NCBI GenBank assembly: GCA_964585035.1
Contig: CAZPCR010000002.1
Location: 1-39,721 of the forward strand
Direction: 5' to 3'
DNA: 39,721 nucleotides
DNA from: an uncultured Anaerolineaceae bacterium
Lineage (GTDB): Bacteria > Chloroflexota > Anaerolineae > Anaerolineales > Villigracilaceae
Both the position numbers and the translations under genes were made by a program. This document shows, one piece after another, positions 19,074 to 27,008 of this stretch. Below the pieces are notes generated by a model. The model saw nothing but the letters and a program-made list of their open reading frames with translations. It was not told the origin of the DNA and made no database searches. How positions within the stretch are numbered: the stretch's first letter is position 1; each line of letters opens with the position of its first letter.

Positions 19074-20180
19074 ATGCGAAAACAGCTAATTCTTTGGTTC
19101 TCAATTTTATATATTCTTACTGGCTGCCAACCGGATAAGGTTTCCGCAACGCCAGTACCGTCAAATATTCCACTGGTCGGCGCTGTCGCTCCAACAGCTT
19201 CACAAATTCCTTTTCCATTAGCAACACCCACTGTTGCACAGTGGATGTATCCATATACAATTGACGGATTGCGTCATCATCAATTTCAGAATGGTAACGT
19301 GAAAATTGTTTCTCCTCTGGCAACCACTGATACCTACACGAGTTACCTGTTCAGTTATCCAAGCGATGGTTTGACCATTACAGGTGTCTTGCAAATACCG
19401 GTTAAGGGGATTCCACCGTTCCCGGTTATCATAATGGATCACGGTTATTTTAACAGGGAAGATTACACATCCGGGGATGGGACGGATCGTGCCGCTGAAT
19501 ATCTTAATCAACATGGCTATCTTACCGTCTCATCCGATTATCGCAGTTGGGGCGGATCTGATATTGGTCCAAGCATGTATTATTCTGGTTTGGCTATAGA
19601 CGTTCTTAATTTGATTTCCGCCGTACCATCTATACCTCAGGCAGACGCGACTCGGATCGGCATATGGGGACACAGCATGGGGGGTGGAGTAACATTAAAG
19701 GTTTTGGAAGTTGCAACAAACATCAAAGCGGCGGTTTTGTATTCTACGGTTAGTGCAGATGATAGCGATGTTTTAGCGCGCTGGGGTTTGGGTTGCCTCG
19801 GCGATATTAAAGCTGGTGAAAACCAGCTTGGATGCAACTCGTCTGATGTGGTTCCTCTCGACCTGCCCCCCGGATTGATCAAGGCTTATTATGATTCATC
19901 CATGAATTCGGATCTACTCCATCAGACATCGTCCTTCTATCATCTGGATTACGTCACAGCCCCGATTGAAATTAATTACGGTACAAATGATGGTAAGACT
20001 CTGGCGGGAACACCCCCGGAATGGTCGAAGAAACTATACCAAGCATTCAAAGATGCGGGCAAGGATGCCCATTTGTTCGGATATGAAGGTGAGTACCACT
20101 CATTTAATGGGGACAATTGGAACGCGTTTATGGAGCGTTCGGCACATTTTTTCGACCAATATGTTAAGAGTTCAAAATAA
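19074..20180 (+). CDS. Secreted alpha/beta hydrolase (S9 prolyl-oligopeptidase-like / dienelactone hydrolase-like)
   Basis: Lipoprotein-type signal MRKQLILWFSILYILTGC, nucleophile elbow GIWGHSMGGG and a C-terminal GEYHSF. I prefer the ATG at 19074 to the long N-terminal extension that overlaps the antitoxin gene. Confidence 0.8.
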   Translation: MRKQLILWFSILYILTGCQPDKVSATPVPSNIPLVGAVAPTASQIPFPLATPTVAQWMYPYTIDGLRHHQFQNGNVKIVSPLATTDTYTSYLFSYPSDGLTITGVLQIPVKGIPPFPVIIMDHGYFNREDYTSGDGTDRAAEYLNQHGYLTVSSDYRSWGGSDIGPSMYYSGLAIDVLNLISAVPSIPQADATRIGIWGHSMGGGVTLKVLEVATNIKAAVLYSTVSADDSDVLARWGLGCLGDIKAGENQLGCNSSDVVPLDLPPGLIKAYYDSSMNSDLLHQTSSFYHLDYVTAPIEINYGTNDGKTLAGTPPEWSKKLYQAFKDAGKDAHLFGYEGEYHSFNGDNWNAFMERSAHFFDQYVKSSK

Positions 20181-20261
20181 TCAGTTTTCAAGTATTCAAA
20201 AGATAAAATTTATAATGGTTTTCCACGAAGGCGATGGAATATTATTTAATGTGATTAAAGG

Positions 20262-21413
20262 TTACAGGCCCTTTCCCCATAAACCATAACCCATTTTCCT
20301 CCTGGTCTCACGTCTTTGATGTTGTTCATGGATCTCATCGACATGGCCAACCTTTTCCTCGACCGCTGATTCCAGCCAAATTCGACCTTTCTCCGCGGAT
20401 GCCTCACTGCCAGCGCCATAAGCGCCGGTTTTTGTATCGTCATCCCAGGGCGGATTAGCGATGATCGAGCCCCCCTCGATCCAATCCATGTAATATGATT
20501 GTGTGGTTATAAAATCTGTCTCATCCACTACGCGCTCCATATGGCATAGATCAGGACGCAGGTGAAGCATAAAGGATGTTTCCAGTTCACAGGCATGACC
20601 CATCCCACCGATCTTGGATGTGCGATATTTTTCAATCGCTTCCGAGCCAATTTTTCCGGATGTATGTAATGAGGCTGTAGCGCAGAATATTCGGCGATGT
20701 CGCTCGCCTGCGTATTTAACGGTGTTTACCAGGAATGACATATTTCCTCCGTGTCCACTCATCAAGTAAAAACGGTCAAATCCTCGTGCCACAAGAACAT
20801 CGATCACTCCAAGCCAGAAATCTTCGAAGGCACGTCCGCCCGCATTCATTGTTCCTGCGAATGAAAAACGATGTGTACTTACGCCATAAGGCATAACCGG
20901 TAGGGACCAAACGCGGGTCGGTATTGATGTCACTGTTCCCTTCGCAATAGCATCGATTATCAAGGTATCCACAGAAAGAGGCAAATGGTAACCATGTTGT
21001 TCAACATGCCCAATGGGTATTAAAATGACTTTGCCTAGTTCGGTGTTAGTGGGGAGTGGAAGGGTCGATTGGGTCTGACTTATGTTGTAAAGGGAAATCT
21101 GAAATTCCGGATTTGATAATAGAATTGTATTTTGTGGTGTCAAAGCATAGACATGGATAAATCCGTCGTCTCTCAGACTTAATATCAGGTTATTGATATA
21201 CTCTGTAAGTAATGCTTCAGGAATCTCTAAACCGCTTCCTCGCCAGCCATAAGGAAAGCTAGGCAGAAAACCGATGTGTGGAGGATTAGAGAGATATGCA
21301 CTGATTTGGTTCTTGTCCCATCCGTTTCCAAGTGGAATGATCAGAGGTGTATCCCGAGGCAATTCGGCGACTTCCGGCCAGGTCAGTTCATCGTAATTAA
21401 AATAATGACTCAT
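20262..21413 (-). CDS. Creatininase-family amidohydrolase with an extra N-terminal region of about 110 aa
   Basis: Core motifs IPIGHVEQHGYHLPLSVDT, MSGHGGN and HACELETS. At 383 aa it is longer than typical family members. Confidence 0.85.
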   Translation of the reverse strand: MSHYFNYDELTWPEVAELPRDTPLIIPLGNGWDKNQISAYLSNPPHIGFLPSFPYGWRGSGLEIPEALLTEYINNLILSLRDDGFIHVYALTPQNTILLSNPEFQISLYNISQTQSTLPLPTNTELGKVILIPIGHVEQHGYHLPLSVDTLIIDAIAKGTVTSIPTRVWSLPVMPYGVSTHRFSFAGTMNAGGRAFEDFWLGVIDVLVARGFDRFYLMSGHGGNMSFLVNTVKYAGERHRRIFCATASLHTSGKIGSEAIEKYRTSKIGGMGHACELETSFMLHLRPDLCHMERVVDETDFITTQSYYMDWIEGGSIIANPPWDDDTKTGAYGAGSEASAEKGRIWLESAVEEKVGHVDEIHEQHQRRETRRKMGYGLWGKGL

Positions 21414-21526
21414 TCTAAAACTCCAAATTAACTAGATTTCGTGTAGTCACTTTATCAAAACTAACTAAGATATATTAATACAAAAAGTAGAAAATCGACA
21501 ACTTTCCTATTCAACCGGCAATCATC

Positions 21527-22300
21527 ATGGATATTACCAGCCTTCAGAATCCCAAAATTAAACAGCTTGTTAAATTACGAGACGATAAAAAACAGCGAAA
21601 ACTTGAAAAAATGATGCTCGTTGAAGGTTGGGAAGAAATCAACCTTGCACTCGCAGCTGGGTATCATCCACATACTATTTTAATTTCTCCGGACCTTACC
21701 AATCGTCAAGGTGATATTGATTCCGCAGAGACACTAACTGTATCCCAAGCCGTGTTTGAAAAGATCTCATACAGAGATAATCCAGACGGGTGGTTGGCGG
21801 TTTTTTCTACACCATCGAAATCGCTTCAGGATATAAAACTTAGTACGGTGCCATTTCTGATCGTGGCAGAATCAATCGAGAAACCAGGCAACCTTGGCGC
21901 TATTTTGCGAACAGCCGATGCAGCCGGGGTGGATGCAATTCTTGTTTGCGATCCACACACGGATATTTATAATCCTAATGTTGTGCGGGCTTCCCGGGGG
22001 ACGCTGTTTGCGGTTCCAACCGTCGAGTTATCAAATATAGATGCTTTCAATTTCCTGCGGGACCATCAGATTAACATCCTCGCGGCTACACCGCAGGCAG
22101 AAGAAGAATATTCGCAGCATAATCTAAGCGGCTCATTAGCGATCACAGTGGGGACCGAAGATAAAGGCCTTTCCGATTTCTGGCTAGAAAAAGCTAATCT
22201 CAAAGTAAAGATTCCGATGGTGGGTAAGGTCAACTCGTTAAATGTATCGATCGCTACTGCTGTAATTGTCTATGAAGCTAAGAGGCAGCGAAATTTATAA
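21527..22300 (+). CDS. SpoU/TrmH-family RNA methyltransferase (RlmB/TrmH-like, with N-terminal substrate-binding domain)
   Basis: KPGNLGAILRTADAAGVD, GTEDKGLS and IPMVGKVNSLNVSIATAVIVYE. Confidence 0.9.
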   Translation: MDITSLQNPKIKQLVKLRDDKKQRKLEKMMLVEGWEEINLALAAGYHPHTILISPDLTNRQGDIDSAETLTVSQAVFEKISYRDNPDGWLAVFSTPSKSLQDIKLSTVPFLIVAESIEKPGNLGAILRTADAAGVDAILVCDPHTDIYNPNVVRASRGTLFAVPTVELSNIDAFNFLRDHQINILAATPQAEEEYSQHNLSGSLAITVGTEDKGLSDFWLEKANLKVKIPMVGKVNSLNVSIATAVIVYEAKRQRNL

Positions 22301-22325
22301 TCACTCACGTCTCTGGTGTGAACTA

Positions 22326-22366
22326 ACAAACAAAAGAATATGCGTGGTGCATATTCTTTTGTTTGT
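22326..22366. terminator. Bidirectional intrinsic terminator between convergent genes
   Basis: A perfect 18-bp palindrome ACAAACAAAAGAATATGC-GTGGT-GCATATTCTTTTGTTTGT. The inner GC-containing stem is flanked by A- and T-tracts on both sides. Confidence 0.8.
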
Positions 22367-22392
22367 ATGTGTAGAAGCTCTTGTTTATTTTC

Positions 22393-24204
22393 TTAAACCC
22401 TCTCGGTCACGCCATATTTTGTCTCAAGGTCATGTCGGAATTGCTGAGTGTATAAAGTGTAATATTGTCCTCGCGCCCTTAGTAGTTCGTTATGAGTACC
22501 CTGCTCGGTGATATGCCCGTCCTCTATAACAAGGATTCTATTTGATTTGCGGATTGTGCTTAAGCGGTGGGCAATGATGAATGTAGTACGGTTGTTCATC
22601 AAGGCTTCCATTCCCCGCTGGATAAGCGCTTCCGTTAATGTATCGACACTCGATGTAGCCTCATCCATAATGAATAATTCAGGACGAGCCAAAACTGCGC
22701 GAGCCAGACTGATCAACTGCTTTTGTCCGACTGAAAGGAGATTGCCCCCTTCGCCGACGTTTTCATCGTATCCATTCACCATGGTTGTAATAAAATCGTG
22801 AGCTCCGGCAATCCTGGCTGCTTCTTCAATCGCTTCATTACTTGCGTCAAGGCGACCATACCGAATGTTTTCGCGCACTGTCCCTGAAAATAAATGTGGG
22901 GATTGCAGTACGATGCCGATCCGTGAATGGATCGATTCCAAGGTGTAATCCGTGTAATCACGATCCCGGATGCGTATCACACCTGAGCTAGGCTCATAAA
23001 AGCGGCATAACAGATTAACAATGGTTGACTTCCCTCCGCCTGTAGGTCCGACCAGGGCGATGATTTCACCGGAATGCACTTTCAACGAAAAATCGGTTAA
23101 TACAGGTTTCCGGTCTTCGTAATAGAAATCAACATGATCGAATTCGATTTCGCCCAGCAAAGTTAAAGCGGGAAAAGCTCCAGCTTTATTATGGACTTCC
23201 GCGGGGCTATCCACTAATTTAAATATTCTCTCCGCGGAAGCGATTGAGTGCTGCATCTCGGCGTAGACACGCGCCAGGTCTTGCACGGGCCACATCATGA
23301 AGGTTAGGTAAGAGACGAAGGCGTTAATGCCGCCAATCGTAATCAATCCCACCTGTGTCTCGATTCCTCCGTAAAAAACGATCGCGCCAAGTGCTAGGGC
23401 GGCGATTATTTGTACGGTGGGGAGGAAGAGCGCGGAGAGCCATGCAGCTCGATAGGATGCATGGTACATCGTGCTCGTCAAGATTTGAAATTCCCTTAGG
23501 TTTTCTTCCTCGCGACCGAGCGCCTTAACCACGCGAACGCCTTGGATATTTTCGTTATAGGCGCCGGTGATTTTGGAATTAGCGCGGCGGCTATTGCGAA
23601 ATTCCACTAGGATTCGCTTGCGGAATTGTACAGCGATCAATACCATGACAGGGATGATGACCGACACGATGAGGGCCAGGTGCCAGTTAATGATCGTCAT
23701 GAAGATCAGGGAAGTTGTTAAGTTCATAAAGGCCCATGTCGTATCTACGACACCCCAGGTCATTAGATCGGCAACCCGGCCGCTGTCTGAAGTAACTCGC
23801 GCTATCAAACGACCAACTGCATTTTGCGCGTAATAAGAAAGCGACAAATCTTGCAGATGGTTGAACATCATCTTTCTCAAGTCGTATTGTATCCGCTCGC
23901 CTAGAACACCGGCCAGGTATATGAAAGTAAATACGGTTACCGCTTGTAAGAGGATCAACGAACCGTAGATGGTCGCGATATGGATCACCGCACCAGGGTT
24001 ACCCAGTTCAATACCGGTATCCACGATCCGCTCGTTCAAGTATGTAAAGTATGCATCACCGGTGGATGTCAGAGCGATGGTAATCAAGAATCCAATTACC
24101 CAGTTTTTATGCGGCTTCATCAAACCAAGGATCCGTTTAAAAACCGGCGATGTTAAATTGGACGTGAATTCTTCTTCCTCTAATTCAATAAAATCGTTTG
24201 ACAT
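22393..24204 (-). CDS. ABC exporter, fused permease/ATPase half-transporter (consensus Walker B, degenerate signature)
   Basis: Six-TM domain, Walker A GPTGGGKST, signature LSVGQKQ, Walker B LFIMDEATSSVD and H-loop IAHRLST. I chose the ATG at 24204 because GGAGG lies 8 nt upstream. Confidence 0.92.
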   Translation of the reverse strand: MSNDFIELEEEEFTSNLTSPVFKRILGLMKPHKNWVIGFLITIALTSTGDAYFTYLNERIVDTGIELGNPGAVIHIATIYGSLILLQAVTVFTFIYLAGVLGERIQYDLRKMMFNHLQDLSLSYYAQNAVGRLIARVTSDSGRVADLMTWGVVDTTWAFMNLTTSLIFMTIINWHLALIVSVIIPVMVLIAVQFRKRILVEFRNSRRANSKITGAYNENIQGVRVVKALGREEENLREFQILTSTMYHASYRAAWLSALFLPTVQIIAALALGAIVFYGGIETQVGLITIGGINAFVSYLTFMMWPVQDLARVYAEMQHSIASAERIFKLVDSPAEVHNKAGAFPALTLLGEIEFDHVDFYYEDRKPVLTDFSLKVHSGEIIALVGPTGGGKSTIVNLLCRFYEPSSGVIRIRDRDYTDYTLESIHSRIGIVLQSPHLFSGTVRENIRYGRLDASNEAIEEAARIAGAHDFITTMVNGYDENVGEGGNLLSVGQKQLISLARAVLARPELFIMDEATSSVDTLTEALIQRGMEALMNNRTTFIIAHRLSTIRKSNRILVIEDGHITEQGTHNELLRARGQYYTLYTQQFRHDLETKYGVTERV

Positions 24205-24267
24205 TTTCTTTGCCTCCACTGAGTTGCTTGATTAATGCCCTCGGCAGTCATATAAGCTTCCCTGGTA

Positions 24268-26106
24268 TCAATCAACACTTGCAACCTCTTGTTCAAGCTC
24301 CGCGTCGATCCGTGTTTGAATATCGTAGATTTGTCGATACATACCATTTTTATCTTTCACCAACTCTTTATGTTGACCCATTTGGAGCACGCGACCCTTA
24401 TTCAACACCAGGATCAAGTCTGCGTTCATTACGGACTGTATTCGGTGCGCAATGATGAACGTGGTCCGGTTTTCCATCAAGTCATAAAGCGCAGAACGAA
24501 TTTCTGCTTCTGTTTCGGTATCCACAGATGATGTCGAATCGTCAAGGATAAGGATTCTGGGATTTTTGAGGAGAGTGCGGGCTATTGTCACGCGTTGCTT
24601 TTGACCTCCGCTCAGGGTTACCCCTTTTTCGCCAACGAGGGTGCCGTAGCCATCCGGAAAAGATAAAATTACAGAATGGATTGCTGCTGCCTGGGCGGCC
24701 CGCTCAACATCCTCTTGTGAAACCTGACGGCCAACGCCATATAAGATATTCTCCCTGATCGAGCGGCTAAATAGGAATGGTTCCTGCTGCACGATACCGA
24801 TCTGTCTACGCAGGTATTCGCGTGAATAATCCTTTAATTCCACTCCATCTAACAGGATCCGTCCCGAGGTATATTCATGGAACCTGGGTAGAAGGTTGAC
24901 CAGAGAGGTCTTTCCAGATCCTGTTGAACCAAGCAGCGCAACCGATTTTCCCGGATTGATATGGAAGGAGATGTTTTTCAGAACATCCGTATTGGCGTCT
25001 TCATACATGAAGGTAACATCTTCAAAGATAATATCTCCAAGAACGGGCCCAACAGGTTGAACGCGCCCTTCCATTAGTGGCTCACGGGCCTGTTTAACTA
25101 TTTCCATCAAGCGACTATAAGAAACCATTCCAGTCGACGTTTGCACGATCATGCGTCCCAGGTTTCGGATCGGCCAGATTAACCATGCTACTAGTCCCAC
25201 ATAGGCGATATAGGTCCCAATGGTAATCTCGCCCCTGATGGTCATCATCGCAGCAAAGACAAAGCCGAACAACATTTGGAAACCCAGCACAATATCGGAA
25301 AGTGGCCAGAAAAGGGAATTCATGATAAGTACCAGCTTCCCTTTTAGGAACTTATTCCAATTATCTTGTTCGAATTTGGTTTTCTCGTAATCTTGCCGGG
25401 CAAACGCTTTTACAACTCGCACACCAGTCAAATTCTCCTGCAGGGTTGTGGAAAGGATCGCTTCCTGCGCCTGATATTCTTCATATCGTTTTGTTATTTT
25501 TTTAAAGAACCACAAAGATACCAGGAGGATAAATGGAATAACCACAACGGATATCCAACCTAGTTTTGCATTTAGATTAAGAATGGCAAACCAGTTTACA
25601 AGGAATAATAAGAAGATGCGCCCTATACCTATGGCCTCTTCGCTAAAGAACCGGCGTAGGGCATCCACATCCGAAGTGACCCGTTCAATCAGGTCACCGG
25701 TAGGTGTCTGGCTGTGATAGGAAAAGCTCAGCCGTTGGATGTGATCGAACAGAAAGTCACGCAAACGCCTGGTTATACCTTCGGCGGTGTAAGCCGCTAA
25801 TCGCCCGGATAGGAATGAAAACGTGCCTTCCAAAGCTGCTAAACCAATAAACCCCAGACCAAGGATTGCCAGCGTCCTGGTTAGCGTCCCACCGATATAA
25901 ACCTGACGGTTCAAAATATCATCTGCAAAGTAGCCCAGAAGCAGATAGGTACAAGTCTTGGACAACGCGGATATCGCAAGGGCGCCTGTCGCACCGAGAT
26001 AGGGCGCGCGGAAATCAGTCATCATACGCCAGATCCCGATGAGTCGGTTATGATGGATGGAATTGCGAAAATCAAATGTATCGATATTGGTTAGTGCTGT
26101 TTTCAT
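24268..26106 (-). CDS. ABC exporter, fused permease/ATPase half-transporter (degenerate Walker B)
   Basis: Walker A GSTGSGKTS, signature LSGGQKQR and Walker B ILILDDSTSSVD (Asp replaces the catalytic Glu). I chose the ATG at 26106. The upstream ORF extension to 26181 is read through the terminator hairpin. Confidence 0.9.
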   Translation of the reverse strand: MKTALTNIDTFDFRNSIHHNRLIGIWRMMTDFRAPYLGATGALAISALSKTCTYLLLGYFADDILNRQVYIGGTLTRTLAILGLGFIGLAALEGTFSFLSGRLAAYTAEGITRRLRDFLFDHIQRLSFSYHSQTPTGDLIERVTSDVDALRRFFSEEAIGIGRIFLLFLVNWFAILNLNAKLGWISVVVIPFILLVSLWFFKKITKRYEEYQAQEAILSTTLQENLTGVRVVKAFARQDYEKTKFEQDNWNKFLKGKLVLIMNSLFWPLSDIVLGFQMLFGFVFAAMMTIRGEITIGTYIAYVGLVAWLIWPIRNLGRMIVQTSTGMVSYSRLMEIVKQAREPLMEGRVQPVGPVLGDIIFEDVTFMYEDANTDVLKNISFHINPGKSVALLGSTGSGKTSLVNLLPRFHEYTSGRILLDGVELKDYSREYLRRQIGIVQQEPFLFSRSIRENILYGVGRQVSQEDVERAAQAAAIHSVILSFPDGYGTLVGEKGVTLSGGQKQRVTIARTLLKNPRILILDDSTSSVDTETEAEIRSALYDLMENRTTFIIAHRIQSVMNADLILVLNKGRVLQMGQHKELVKDKNGMYRQIYDIQTRIDAELEQEVASVD

Positions 26107-26131
26107 AAGATCATTCCTAAATACAGATAAT

Positions 26132-26162
26132 AAAAAAACCACGGTGCAGAGTGCAACCGTGG
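26132..26162 (-). terminator. Intrinsic terminator inside the 5' leader of the ABC exporter operon (putative attenuator)
   Basis: The minus strand reads CCACGGTTGCACTCTGCACCGTGG followed by TTTTTTT. It lies 26 nt upstream of the ABC start codon and downstream of the leader ORF. Confidence 0.75.
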
Positions 26163-26190
26163 CTAATGTTGGAAAAATCACATATGTGAT

Positions 26191-26277
26191 CTAAGGACAG
26201 CCGGCAGGCGCACTTCGCGAATGTATAAAGACCCCAGAAACTTTCTGCAAAGTTATATTAAAAAGTGTGAGTTTCAT
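26191..26277 (-). CDS. Putative 28-aa leader peptide (MKLTLFNITLQKVSGVFIHSRSAPAGCP)
   Basis: An ATG preceded by AAAGGAGG with an 8-nt spacer. The ORF ends about 20 nt before the terminator stem. It was too short for the supplied ORF track. Confidence 0.5.
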   Translation of the reverse strand: MKLTLFNITLQKVSGVFIHSRSAPAGCP

Positions 26278-26321
26278 GAAATGCGCCTCCTTTCTTTTGA
26301 TGGGTTTATTAGAGCGCGATT

Positions 26322-26351
26322 AGTTTATCATGTAGAATTGATGGGTGTCAA
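26322..26351 (-). promoter_or_regulatory. Sigma70-type promoter for the leader/ABC operon
   Basis: Minus strand: TTGACA (26351-26346), an 18-nt spacer ending in TGA, then TAAACT (26327-26322), which gives an extended -10-like TGnTAAACT. Confidence 0.5.
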
Positions 26352-26414
26352 GGTAATATCGTAGTACTATGGGAAACCAATATTTTAAATTATGTGTTTT
26401 AATTGGCAGAGATC

Positions 26415-26999
26415 ATGCAAGCGTTTCGAATTACTTTAGATATGTTGAGGAGAAAGTTGCCAGGGAGGGCCGAAGTCCTCTCTGTTTTTAATGTTTTAAT
26501 TTTTGTTGTTTTTGGATGGTCGATCCGGGGGTTTCTATATGAAATTCCATCTTTTTTGCTCTACCTCAATCTTGGGGATATGACTGCCGTCGTTTTCTAC
26601 ATGATGGCATTTGCGTTTTTAGAATGTGTTCTACTGACAGCTGGGCTCGTACTGGTAAGTCTTATTCTGCCTTCGACTTGGTTAAAAACCGGTTTCGCTT
26701 ATAAAGGTTTCTTGATAATTCTCGTTGCCACAACGGGTTTTATTTTGTTCCAGGGCTACTACAAGGTTGGTTTTTTCCAAAATCTTATTAATAACGATTA
26801 CTCTCCATTTCGGCCCGTATTAATTGGTATGGTTTTAGGTTTAGTACTACTGGCTGGATTGTTTTGGCTTTTTCATAATAGACCTCGGTTGCAAAAATAT
26901 TTATCAGCTTTCATAGATCAATTTAGTGTTTTCTCTTATATTTATGTACCGCTGGGAGTAATAGGCATTCTGGTGGTATTTGTGAGAAACATATTTTAG
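26415..26999 (+). CDS. Integral membrane protein, unknown function
   Basis: About 5-6 hydrophobic helices and no recognisable motif. The start is uncertain (TTG at 26403 or ATG at 26415). Confidence 0.6.
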   Translation: MQAFRITLDMLRRKLPGRAEVLSVFNVLIFVVFGWSIRGFLYEIPSFLLYLNLGDMTAVVFYMMAFAFLECVLLTAGLVLVSLILPSTWLKTGFAYKGFLIILVATTGFILFQGYYKVGFFQNLINNDYSPFRPVLIGMVLGLVLLAGLFWLFHNRPRLQKYLSAFIDQFSVFSYIYVPLGVIGILVVFVRNIF

Positions 27000-27008
27000 G
27001 GTTAAACC

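Noticed and set aside
22326-22366. Long perfect palindromes (18 bp here and 22 bp at 36795-36841). I considered them as MITE ends, REP-like elements or operators.
   Set aside because: Each sits exactly at a gene 3' end, here between convergent genes. Each has a GC-containing inner stem flanked by complementary A- and T-tracts. That is the standard design of bidirectional intrinsic terminators, and the two sequences are unrelated to each other.
26107-26181. N-terminal extension of the ABC ORF (MIFPTLATVALCTVVFLLSVFRNDL...). Other extended ORF starts lie at 15734, 18975, 24219, 2111, 28581 and 31626.
   Set aside because: The extensions begin at non-ATG codons or lack an SD, while internal ATGs have good SD sequences. 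The 26181 extension is simply the translation of the terminator hairpin. The 18975 extension overlaps the antitoxin gene and precedes a clear lipoprotein signal peptide.
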